Shown here piece by piece: positions 12,296 to 23,507 of a stretch of 64,000 nt of DNA. The translations under genes were made by a program, and so were the position numbers. Source of the DNA: Geosiphon pyriformis uo1 (taxonomy: Eukaryota; Fungi; Glomeromycota); assembly GCA_016748015.1 (NCBI GenBank), contig JAAOMT010000445.1, forward strand, positions 310,001-374,000. The letters run 5' to 3'. Every line of letters begins with the position of its first letter. The stretch's first letter is position 1. A model generated the notes under the pieces. That model saw nothing but the letters and a program-made list of their open reading frames with translations. It was not told the origin of the DNA and ran no database searches.

Positions 12296-14706
12296 ATGCT
12301 TAACAGTAATCAAAATAAAACCCAAAGTAACTCTACTGGTAAAGTTTACGTCTCTTCAACCCCTCCTTATGACACAGAACTAGAAACCACACCTTCAAAA
12401 AGTTATATAAAGAATAGCAACCTTTTTAGCAAAAATTTTGAGAATACTTCATTTCCTTTTTTGCTCGCATTCCGAATTTTTAATTCCTTGGTCGTTCGAA
12501 GCTATTTTGTCCCTGACGAATACTGGCAGACAGTAGAGGTGGCACACCGGATAGTATTTGGATATCCTGTTTCCCTTATCTAAAAGAAATTTATCGTACA
12601 TTTTTTAAATAAAATTCCTTGATTTCTGATCGATTATATACCTATGGATATCTAACATGGGAATGGCAACGGGCCTACATACGAAGTGTTGCCCATCCCA
12701 TGATTTTTGCTTTTGTTTACAAAATGCTTGTTATTTTGGGCTTGGATCAAGATAGGGAACTTTTTGTAAGCAATTTTAGAGGAGTTTGGGAAGAGAAAAT
12801 TCTCATGATCGGCCCTTGGAAGTTGCCATGAAAATTGCGAAAATTGCGAAAATTTTACTCAATTTGTTTCTGGAAGATGATTATTTCTTCTTTTGATTGA
12901 TAATATTCTTTTAGCTACACGCACCACGGCTTCTTCAAGCTGTAATCGCAGCCATTGGTGATTTGTATACCTTTAAATTTGCCAACTATATTTTTAAAGA
13001 CCGGCAGGTGGCAAAATTCGCGGTATTATATTTTCTTTAATATCCACGAATCCTTTATTGAACTCTGTTATTTATTGATAAATATCTTTCTTTAACTTAT
13101 TTAATATTCTAATAATTCTTGGAATACCATTTTAAGCTTTTTTCTTCGATCATTTCTTGGTTTAATTTTTACTGTGGAATTCGTATGTTATCAAACAACG
13201 TTGAAGCTGTCTTAACGATCATGGCCTTATATTATTGGCCTTTATACGAAAGCTCGAATATACGAGGGAAAGAAGACTTGAAGTAAGTGTTGAGATCTTA
13301 CTTTCCAATAATTAATCTTTATCAGTATCTAAAAAGATTTTGTTTTTTCGTTAATATTTGAACTACTATTTCTTAATCTAAAGGAGGCTACGTGTATCCT
13401 TTTCATTAGCAGCATTTTCATGTATTCTTCGCCCGACAAACCTGATCGTATGGATATTTCTCGGAATGAATCTATTAATTAACACTGAAAACCATGTGTC
13501 TGTCTTTCGGAATGCAATTTTAATCATGTCGGTATTAATTTCGTTTTTTCCTTGTTGCATATTGGATTCTCAATATTACATTTATTACAAAAATTATTCT
13601 ATACCCTAAACTTTTATTACATAGGATCTTGGCAATCGTTATAATGATCACTTTAGATTACGCATTTTATAAGACCTTAGTTTTTATCCCTTTGAACTTT
13701 CTCCGCGTTAATGTCTTTCAGTCAATCTCCATCTTTTATGGGGCTCACCCTTGGCATTGGTACCTGACTCAAGGGATTCCAGTTGTAACAACTACTCTTC
13801 TCCCTTTTATGATTAAAGGCATGATCTCCTCATTAACCGCGTATGGGTCAAGGACAAAAATATTAGTTGCATTAATGCTTTGGGTTATCTTTGGATATAG
13901 TTTAATTAGCCACAAAGAGTTTCGATTTATTTATCCATTCTTGCCTATCGCCAACATTTTCGCAGGCTTCGCTTTGAAGGAAATCTCGCAGAATTCAACA
14001 AAAAAATATTATCGAGCGTCAATCGTTTTTTTAATTGTTACTAATGTTCCGTTAGCTTATTACGCTAGCTGTATACATCAACGAGGAGTCATAGATGTGA
14101 TGGATTATTTGAGATTAGAGATCGACAAAGGAAAAGTGGATGATATAGGTTTTTTGATGCCATGTCATTCAACTCCATTCTATAGTAATCTTCATCGAAA
14201 CATATCTATGTGGTTCTTAACATGTGAACCACCTTTAAGGTAAGTACATCTTTTCAATAATTAATCATCTTTTGCAAATTTATAATGATCAATTTTTTTA
14301 TACCAAAGTGAAATTGACCAGCAAGGATATATGGATGAAGCAGATCAATTTTATAGTGATCCTCTAAAATTCTTATCACATCATTTTGAGGACATAACAA
14401 AAAGTTCTAAAAGAAATAATTCAGAAAGAGGATCTTTACCGGTCCTTAGAAAATGGCCAAGTCATTTGGTTATATTTGAAGCATTATTGAAAGATATAAC
14501 CTCTTTGATTGAAAAATCGGATTATCAGGAGGTATATATTTGGAACTAAATTAATTTTATAATGAAGGTGAAAATTTTATATTTCCAATTTTAACAAACT
14601 TTAACTTATATCAAACCAGTGTTCTAGATTTTTCAATTCGCATTTCCATGATGATTCAAGACGCCAAGGGGATGTCATTCTATTTTGTCGTGAGAAACTT
14701 GCATGA
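12296..14706 (+). CDS. GPI10: GPI mannosyltransferase 3 (PIG-B, GT22), multi-exon; first intron is AT-AC U12-type
   Basis: Motifs FVPDEYWQTVEVAH, GYGYLTWEW, LRPTN, FYGAHPWHWY, HKEFRFIYP, LMPCHSTPFYS, FLTCEPP, FFNSHFHDD; stop TGA 14704-14706. Start ATG 12296 is the first in-frame ATG. Confidence 0.93.
12562..12641 (+). other. U12-type (minor spliceosome) AT-AC intron in GPI10
   Basis: 5'ss ATATCCTG, branch-like TTCCTTGAT at 12615-12623, ends TATAC; removal restores VFG-YGYLTWEW in frame. Confidence 0.88.
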
Positions 14707-14940
14707 AGAAAACTTTTAGAAGCTAAATCTAATCTTACCTTATTACAAATAGCTTAATAAATGAAAAGCTAAAATATATCATAATTCTAAATATTTATAA
14801 TTATTTAAGGAAATGAGATTGTTACTCATCATCGTGATGATAGAAAATTTTAATAGACCAAGCGTGGGAATGATCTCTTATCCCCCATTCACCTGAAATT
14901 GGAGCTTAAAATTTTCCTTCTTTCCACGAAGACATCAAAA

Positions 14941-16110
14941 ATGGGCTTACTCGACGAAATTCCCACTGGAGTTATTACAGGCGATAATGTTCGCAAACTA
15001 TTTCAATATGCACAGAAGCATAGTTTTGCGATTCCCGCGGTTAATGTTACCTCATCGTCAACAATAAACGCCGTCCTAGAAGCTGCTAGGGACATAAAAG
15101 CACCAATTATCATTCAAGTATCTCAAGGTGGCTCTGCGTACTATGCTGGTAAAGGCTTGAGCAATGAAGGACAACGAGCCTCAATTGTAGGTGCAGTTGC
15201 AGCTGCATATCACGTTCGTAGGTTGGCCAAAGAATACGGGATGTAAGTGCCAAGAGCCAGATCTTTCGAGGCAAACAATTTCTTCGTCCATGACAAAAAT
15301 AAGAACTTTTCTAATTTATTTCATAAATTTCAAAGTCCTGTTGTATTGCACTCCGACCATTGTGCCAAAAAACTTTTACCATGGTTTGATGGCATGTTAG
15401 AAGCTGATGAAGAATACTTTAAGAAACATGGTGAGCCTCTTTTCAGCTCTCACATGCTCGATCTCTCCGAAGAGCCAAAGGACGAAAACATTGCCATCTG
15501 TAAAAAGTACTTGGAACGCATGCATAAGATCAATCTCTTGCTTGAAATGGAAATTGGTATCACCGGTGGAGAGGAAGACGGTGTTGATAATACAGGTGTT
15601 GATAATGCTTCTTTGTATACACAACCGGAAGACATCTGGGATGTGTATCATAATTTGAGCAAGATAAGCGATTTGTTCACAATTGCCGCTGCGTTCGGTA
15701 ACGTACATGGTGTTTATAAGCCTGGAAATGTAAAGCTCCAACCGATCTTGTTGAAAAAACACCAAGAATATGTCAAAGAGAAACTGAATGGGACAACTGA
15801 TAAACCCATTTGGTTAGTGTTTCATGGTGGTTCCGGTTCAATGAAGGATGAAATTAATGAGGCGGTGAGTTATGGTGTGGTTAAGATGAATGTCGATACA
15901 GACACACAATGGGCGTACTGGGAAGGTATAAAAAATTTCTACGACTCCAAGAAAGACTATCTCCAGTCTCAGGTCGGTAACCCAGAAGGGGAAGATAAGC
16001 CTAACAAGAAGTACTATGATCCTCGTGTTTTCATTCGTGAGGCTGAAAAGACCATGATCAAACGAGTGCAGAAAGCTTGCGCAGATCTGGGCAATGTCAA
16101 TCGCTTGTAA
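14941..16110 (+). CDS. FBA1: Fructose-bisphosphate aldolase, class II
   Basis: AIPAVNVTSSST, LHSDHCAKKLLPWFDG, EIGITGGEEDG, GNVHGVY, VFHGGSG; one intron 15243-15335. Confidence 0.97.
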
Positions 16111-16449
16111 TATTATCCCTTCCAATCAAATGGCTATTGCCTTTGATTTAGAACTTGAATATCGCTTTTCGGTTTGCTTTTAGTGCAAATAATAGTTTTT
16201 TTAACTTTTCAAATTTTGATTAATGGACTAAAAAATCCAAGATTGATGGATTTTTGGCTTTTGCGAATAATAAAATTACAATTTGAGGGTTGTCTGAATG
16301 ATATGGAGTCCTTATTTTCTTTCAAACCGATTCCTTCATTCAAAATTAATTAATTAATAATAATAATAAACAGTGTCCATTTTCCTCTCAAAATTTCATA
16401 TATGGTAATACATCACGAAGGTATTTTGTTCAGCGCCCTGCATTCAATC

Positions 16450-16511
16450 TTATCTTCCATCGATTCTATTTATTCTAATTTTATCTTCCATCGATTCTAT
16501 TTATTCTAATT
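16450..16511. repeat. 31 bp exact tandem duplication spanning the APS2 stop codon and start of the 3'UTR
   Basis: TTATCTTCCATCGATTCTATTTATTCTAATT at 16450 and 16481. Confidence 0.9.
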
Positions 16512-17251
16512 TATCCAAATAATCCAATCTTGCTAGCACTATATTTTTGCTAGTCTCTTCAATCTCACCGGCCAGAAAGACTTCATCCAATATCGCGTAA
16601 ACCTACAAAAACAAGACGCCGTAGTTAGTTTACAAAAAAATTAAAAAGGGGGGTTTTCATTAATTCATTGAAAAACATCTTGAGGACCAACCTTATAAAA
16701 GTTAAATACCAAATCCAATTCACATACGTTCCCAAAGAATGCATCCAAAACTTCAACAAAAAAATGTATTGCCTCTAGATAAGCTAGCTCATTATCATTC
16801 GCGTCCACGCATACACAAAAAAATAGACCGGCATAACGACGGTAAACTATTTTGTAGTTTCGAAACTGTATTTGTGTTAGAGTGAAAAGTTAGCAATTCA
16901 CCTAATGTAAATAAAATCAAAGGGAAAGAGAATTTACACATTTATACTTTTTCCTAATACCTACTTCTACAAAATTCGACTGATGTTTCTGATCACGGGG
17001 GGCGATGAGACGATGCACCTCACCTTTAAGCTTTATCTTTTCCTCATCTTCATAAGGTACATACCATTTTGAGAGCCGGGTTTTACCTTGTCGGTTTTGA
17101 ACTAGAATGAACCGAATCTGTAAGTTTGTAATGATATCGAAACAACAGGAAGTAAGAACGAGATTTAGAAAAAGAGGCAAGGTGAAAGTTGGTGAGAACA
17201 GGGAATCGCAAGTATTGAACTCCTGAAAGGAACGGCGATGAGACTTACCAT
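16501..17251 (-). CDS. APS2: AP-2 adaptor complex sigma subunit
   Basis: ATG-only exon 1 (17249-17251), then [59 protein letters not shown]; TAA 16501-16503. Confidence 0.93.
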
Positions 17252-18818
17252 TTTGAAAGGTTTCCTTACTTTACAAGTTAGAGAAGGGATAAACGAATAA
17301 AGACAGAAAGAGAAATACTATCCAAGATCCCTCAGGTGCCTGGTGCCGCCTTTTGCACAAGGTTCAAAGCTACAGCAGAAACTGAACCTGAAAGTTAGAA
17401 GCCCAGTGAAATAAGTTTAAAAGAGAAAGTCTAGATCCAATTAAGCCAAAAATAACTTTGAATTTGCATAGTTTAAGTTGGGATTGAACACGGTCTGAAT
17501 TTTCAAGAAGGCAAAAGAGCAAAGGGGAACAAATTTGGAAGAAATTGAGGGATATTCAAAGATCTTGTAAAATTGAATAGGAAAGGGAAACCAACTCCAA
17601 GAAAGAGGAGTTGGATGAAAATGCAGAAGAAAAAGTCGGGCCTGAGTTTTAAGTTTTAATCTCACCCAGTTTGTCACCTCAGGTGAACGAAGAGAAAATG
17701 CTGATAAAAAATCTGAATTGCAAACCACATTTCTAGGTCTGTGATTACACGCTATAACCCCATGCAGTGGTCGGGCATTAGAATTTCAAATTAAAATTAT
17801 CATATGCTAGCTTTATTAAAAAATTTTGGATTCTTGACAATAATTAGTATTTGCGTTAATATGTATTAAAAGTATTAGGCGTACTCACACAAATTAACTA
17901 GCTGAGTTTTGGACTATCTTTTTATTTCATCAATTTTAAAGAAAAGAAAATAGACTTGGAAAAACTTTGCCAACTGGCGACAAATTTTGTATGGACATAA
18001 TTGAGATAAAAAAACCGGTCAATTCATACTTTTAAGACAAATTGGTCACTTTTTGATGAAAAAGACTTCATACAACGGAAATAGTGTTAATAAAGGTTAA
18101 TAAAAAATGATGAATTTAATGTTAAAAGAGACATCATTCTCCTTCAAGCTTTACAATAGATTATTGGCTCCTTTTTGATCAATTAAGTCATTCAATTTAA
18201 GTATAATTATTATTTTTTACATAATTTAAAACCATAAAAGCTTTAACTAAGTGCGAATTGCATACTTTTTTATGTGACTGAATAGTTAGGTTATTTTTTC
18301 TATTTATTAATAATTTATATTAAATTTATAAATATTTAATGAAATTATTAATAAGAAAATAATTTTATATTTAAAACAATAATTTAATTGATTGATTATT
18401 TATAAAATTATTATATTATATGTTTTATTTGTAAATTAAAAATTATAACAGTTAAATTTTTATATTATTATATAATTTTCATAATTAAAAAACAACATAT
18501 AATATTAAAAATTGATCTTTTAAACATTTACTATTATTATTATTATTATCAAATTATATATGTTGTAATTAAGAATTTTTATAAATTGAATAAAATTATA
18601 AAATTGAATATATTTCAATTTTACATAAGATGTTTCTTTATTATACTATTTTTTAACTAGTTTATTATTATTAAGATTTTGTTTGAGTTCAATCTAAATC
18701 AGTATTTTTCAGTTCAATTTTAGGTTAAACTTAAACTGATAATATTTATTTTTAATTTTAAAAATATTTGACATTAAATTAAATAATAAATTAAAATTAC
18801 AGTCAATTTACAAATTTA

Positions 18819-18860
<42 letters not shown>

Positions 18861-18982
18861 GTTGTTATTGTTATAAATTAAATACATAATAAGAATAATA
18901 AAGATTTTAAACATAAAATAAAATAAAGATTTTAAAGATTCTGCTATTAATTTTTTTAGTTTCAAATTTCGGTAAAAGGAAT

Positions 18983-19073
18983 TACCGTTAAGACCCGAAA
19001 ATAAGCAACCCCCTTAAAATTCGGTCCAAAATTCATAACGTAAAGGGTTGCTTGTTTTCGGGACTTGACGGTA
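18983..19073. mobile_element. Short MITE-like element, probably Tc1/mariner-pogo superfamily (TA target duplication)
   Basis: TA|CCGTTAAGACCCGAAAATAAGCAACCC ... GGGTTGCTTGTTTTCGGGACTTGACGG|TA; 27 bp TIRs with 24/27 identity. Confidence 0.7.
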
Positions 19074-19362
19074 AACAAAATGAAATATTTCCACTTTCGT
19101 TTATTCTTAGCCTGATATAATTATCTATTTTAACTCTTAATAAAATCAGCCATTTCTCTATAATTGTAATTTATCCATTGGTCAGACCACTAGTAAAGCA
19201 ACATTTGCTAACATTGGAATTTTTCACCATTAATGTCATGCTTCAAAATGAATAAAAATTAAAAAAGATGATTCTTTAATTTTCTTGATGCAATGAAAAT
19301 AATATATGCATTAATTTACGTATCCACACATCCAACTATCCACCCACAACGATATGATTATT

Positions 19363-20148
19363 TTATTTTTTTCTAGAAATCTTCTTCTTAATAGTCTCAT
19401 CCCCCACAAATATCCCCTTTTGATTATAAGGTTCTGGCTTTCGCCACATTCTAATGTTAGCCGCAAATTGTTTCACTTCTCTCCAATCAGTCCCAGTCAA
19501 TAAAATACGTGTAGATATTGGGACAACACAGGTGATACCTTTTGGAACTTCCAATTCAACTGGATGTATGAATCCAACTCGCAGTACAAGTTTAGCACCG
19601 TCCATACTTGCACGATACCCAACACCAACCATACGTAACGATACTTTGAAGCCTTCACTCACACCGGTTACATAGTTAGCGATCAGTGCACGAGTGGTAC
19701 CCCACATCGCTCTTTGTTCTTTTTTGTGTGGATCTTCAACGGTGATTAGAAGTGTTGATTCTGGTGGTTGTGTGTAAAACTCTTCATTATTTTCAGTCAT
19801 AACAGGCTTCTTTAAAAGAATTGGATCCGGATGCTTGAATTTAAGTCGAACATAAGGTTTTATTGGCATTGTATGAGTAGCAAGTGGGCCACTAATTGTT
19901 AGAATGGTCGAGTCTTTTTCTGAAGGCACTCGTGGCTTTTTTATCGGTGTTGGATCATGGGTTAGAGTAACTTCTGGCGGGTAGAGAATTGGAGCGCGCC
20001 CAATATGTGATTTAGTCAAGGGTGTTGAAGAGAATTTCCGCCTTTGAGAAAGTAGTAATATTGATTGTGTATTTTCGAGCTCTATTGACATTCCATTTGC
20101 CTTAAGAATTCGATCCAATAACCTTTTTCCCACATAACCTTTATTCAT
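19363..20148 (-). CDS. MRPL6: Mitochondrial ribosomal protein uL6m, intronless
   Basis: Presequence-like N-terminus, SHIGRAPI, RAMWGTTRALIAN, GVGYRA, WRKPEPYNQKGI. Confidence 0.95.
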   Translation of the reverse strand: MNKGYVGKRLLDRILKANGMSIELENTQSILLLSQRRKFSSTPLTKSHIGRAPILYPPEVTLTHDPTPIKKPRVPSEKDSTILTISGPLATHTMPIKPYVRLKFKHPDPILLKKPVMTENNEEFYTQPPESTLLITVEDPHKKEQRAMWGTTRALIANYVTGVSEGFKVSLRMVGVGYRASMDGAKLVLRVGFIHPVELEVPKGITCVVPISTRILLTGTDWREVKQFAANIRMWRKPEPYNQKGIFVGDETIKKKISRKK

Positions 20149-20299
20149 AAATATATTTTTCTCAAACCTAATTTTAGAATTTATATGTGGAAGGTTTTTT
20201 ATACTTTGTTCAAATAATGGAAGCGAAACTTAAAGGATAAAGATTCCGAACACTCGAAGTCTATTTACCCAGTAATGAGAGGCAAAGAACAAAGAATAT

Positions 20300-23120
20300 G
20301 ATGTTAAAGTTAAAATTTTTATAATGGTCTACTAATTTCCCTATTAGTCATACTTATTGGATTGGTTACTACAATTACTCTGGGTCTTTATTTAATGCTT
20401 TTTATTTGGTGTTTTTATGTGTACTTTTATTATTGAAAAGATAAAAATTATAATGGTTTCAACATTTTGAACTAATTGTTTTCTTTTACTTTTTTTATTA
20501 ATGTTTTTTAACCTTTCTTTTTGTTTAGTTTAAAAATTATAAATAACAATAACAGTTTTTTTTAACAATATTTTTAAAATAAACTTGTTTTAATATTAAA
20601 ATAAACTAATTTAAACAAATTGTGTTATGTTTTTTACTAGAATATTTAAACTGCAAATTGGTAAAAAAAAAAATTAAAATTATATTTATTTTATATACAT
20701 ATTTTTTTATTTAAGATAAAAAAGTATTTAACAAATAAAAATATTGTAACAAATAAAATATTGTAAGAAAATAAACAAAATAAATTTGTATACAAAAATA
20801 ATTAATGTAAAAATATGTAATTTGTTAATTTTGATATAATATTTTTAATTTAAAAAAATAAACAATAATTTATTACAATTATATTTATTTTAAAAATTTT
20901 TTGCAAGATAAGTATTATTTAAAAATATATAATAACCAATTTTTTTGCTTAAATTTTAATTAATAAAAAAAATTATTATATTATAAATTATTAATTTACT
21001 TAAAATTGGGTTTTTTATATTTAAAAATTCAAAACAAAATTTATTTATTATTTTATTTTAAAAATTGAATATAATATTAAAATTAAACGATTTAATAAAT
21101 AAATATTACTTAAAAAAAATAATTGATTATTAATAAAAGAAACAACAAATTTTAAAAAATTAGTAATATATAATAAAAATAATAATAATAATAATAATAA
21201 TAAAATTTAAACAGAAATTAATTATTTTTAAAAATAAAAATATTTAAAATTACAACTGAATTTAATATTGTAAATTATTAAAAAAAACTTTAAATAAAAA
21301 ATACTTAATAAATTTTTGTGTACATATTAATATAAGTTGAATTTAATAATAATATATGTTGTAATTTAAAATTTTACTATAAAAATTTATAATAAAATAT
21401 TTTTAAAATGATTTATTTTATTAAAAATTAAAGTTTTTTTTTATAATTTATTTCTCAAGTTATTATTAAAGCTTTAAAACAATTAAGTTAACTTTTTTTA
21501 ACTTAATATTTAATTTATAAAAATTAAGTTCAAGTCATAAATATTTTGATTTAAAATTAATGTAAATTAAAATTTTATAATTCAATTCAACTTGCTAAGT
21601 CTTATATATAAGTAGATTAAATATTAATTTAGCTTTTTTTAACTGAAAAAATAACAAATAAATTATAAAAATATATTTGTTTTTAAAAATAATATGTTTA
21701 ATAATAATATTAAATAAATATTATAGTTATTATATCTAAAAAAAAACATGAATTTGGAATTTTTATAAGCAATTTAACAATAAAAAAACTAAATATAGTT
21801 TTTATAAATAAATATTTTCAATTATAAGAATATGTTTTTATTAATTAATAATTATTTATTAACTTATTTATTAATAAGTTTTTAATAACTAAGATATAAA
21901 ATAAAATAAATATAAGATTAACTTATTAATAAAATATTTATAATAAAAACATATTAAAAAAATTTGCAAAAAATTTATTAAGTTAAAACTAATAAATAAA
22001 TTTTTAAAAAATAAATATTTATTTAAAAATTACACAATATTTATAAGTTATTTTTAGAAATATATTACTTTAAACAAAATATGTTCATTTTTTATACAAA
22101 TTTCTAATTTTTATATTCAATAATACTTTTTTTAAGCCATTATATATTGTTTTTATTTATAGTTATACTAAAACAAAAAAATTAATTTTATTAATAAAAA
22201 TATAAACTCAATTATTTGTAATTACAAACATTAATAAATATGAACCTATTTGATAATTTAAATGTTCTGAATAATTTTTTTAATTTTTTTATCATTAAAA
22301 ATTCATATACACTATTTATAAAAAAATAATAATGATAAAAATAGAAAATATCAGTATTTTAAATATTTAATTTGTTAAATACTTTGACAACAACAGAAAT
22401 AACTTTTTTTCTTAATTAAAAATATACACATACTCTTTTTTTTAATTAATAATTGGAGTTATTTACATAATAACATCATTCATTCATTCAAAACTCAAAC
22501 TTTAAGAACTTATCTCATATAACCAGTACTATTTTTTACAGATAAAAAAAGTTATTAATAATAGAACAAAGCTTTAAGATAACCAAGTGCTTAATACTTA
22601 CTAATAATAAACATAAAACTTGTCTTGATTTATTAGCTTTTTTATAAATCGAAAATTGAATGTAATTATTTTTTCTATTGGTCGAGAATAAAAATTTACC
22701 AATAAAATTTCTACACGTGACAAATAACATGTCAAGTTGAATCATAGACTTTTAAACTCGACTTGATTTCTTAAAAATGAAAATTTTCTGAGTCAGACCA
22801 AGACTCGACTCGTTAAGAGCCCTAGTTATTATTAAAGCTATTTATTTATTTTTTAATTTTAATTAATTTTAATTTATTTTATTGCTTTTTGAATTGTCTA
22901 TTTTGAATTATTAAATTTTAATTTAGATAAAAGTTTGGTTCTACTATTAATTTAATAATAATATTTAAACAGAACAAAAATATATTTATTAAAATAATTA
23001 GAAAATTTTAAAGTATTATTACAAAATTCAGATATTAAAAAAAGTTTAAAAAAAATGATTACTGTATATAAGTATATATTTTAAAAATGTAATTAAATTA
23101 ATTAATATCTGCAAATTGAT
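20300..23120. other. Extremely AT-rich intergenic block (similar blocks ~3470-4600, 8700-10200, 18200-18950, 43950-44520, 47050-49040)
   Basis: Almost no G/C, no credible ORFs, sharp transitions to genic composition. Confidence 0.85.
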
Positions 23121-23507
23121 AAAAAATCACATGACTGATGTTAACAGTCATAATAAGAATGATTGCTTGGACCCATCTGTAATTATGCTATGGTAGTTTT
23201 TTCCGCAAACCAAAAAATGGTCAATAATAAAGTTCGTCAGATTTTGATAATGGAAATATCGTGGGAGAATTTGAATTTGATTATCAATTATAGATTTTGT
23301 AATTCGAGACAATGAAATGATTAATATTGTCACAGGGTAACCTTTGGTCGGTTCCTTTTTATTTTTCCTTCCAATAGTACTTTTGAAATAATTCATTATA
23401 AATTCCGAGGAAAAAGCGGCGAATTTCAAAACTCATTTAACTATATCCTTTGATGAAGAATAATAGTTTTTATACAGCTGATCGTAATCATATATACTCT
23501 TCCTTTC

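Noticed and set aside
13394-13402. GTATCCTTT U12-like donor in GPI10
   Set aside because: Lies in an open exon (RLRVSFSLAAFSCILRPTN) needed for the conserved RPT motif.
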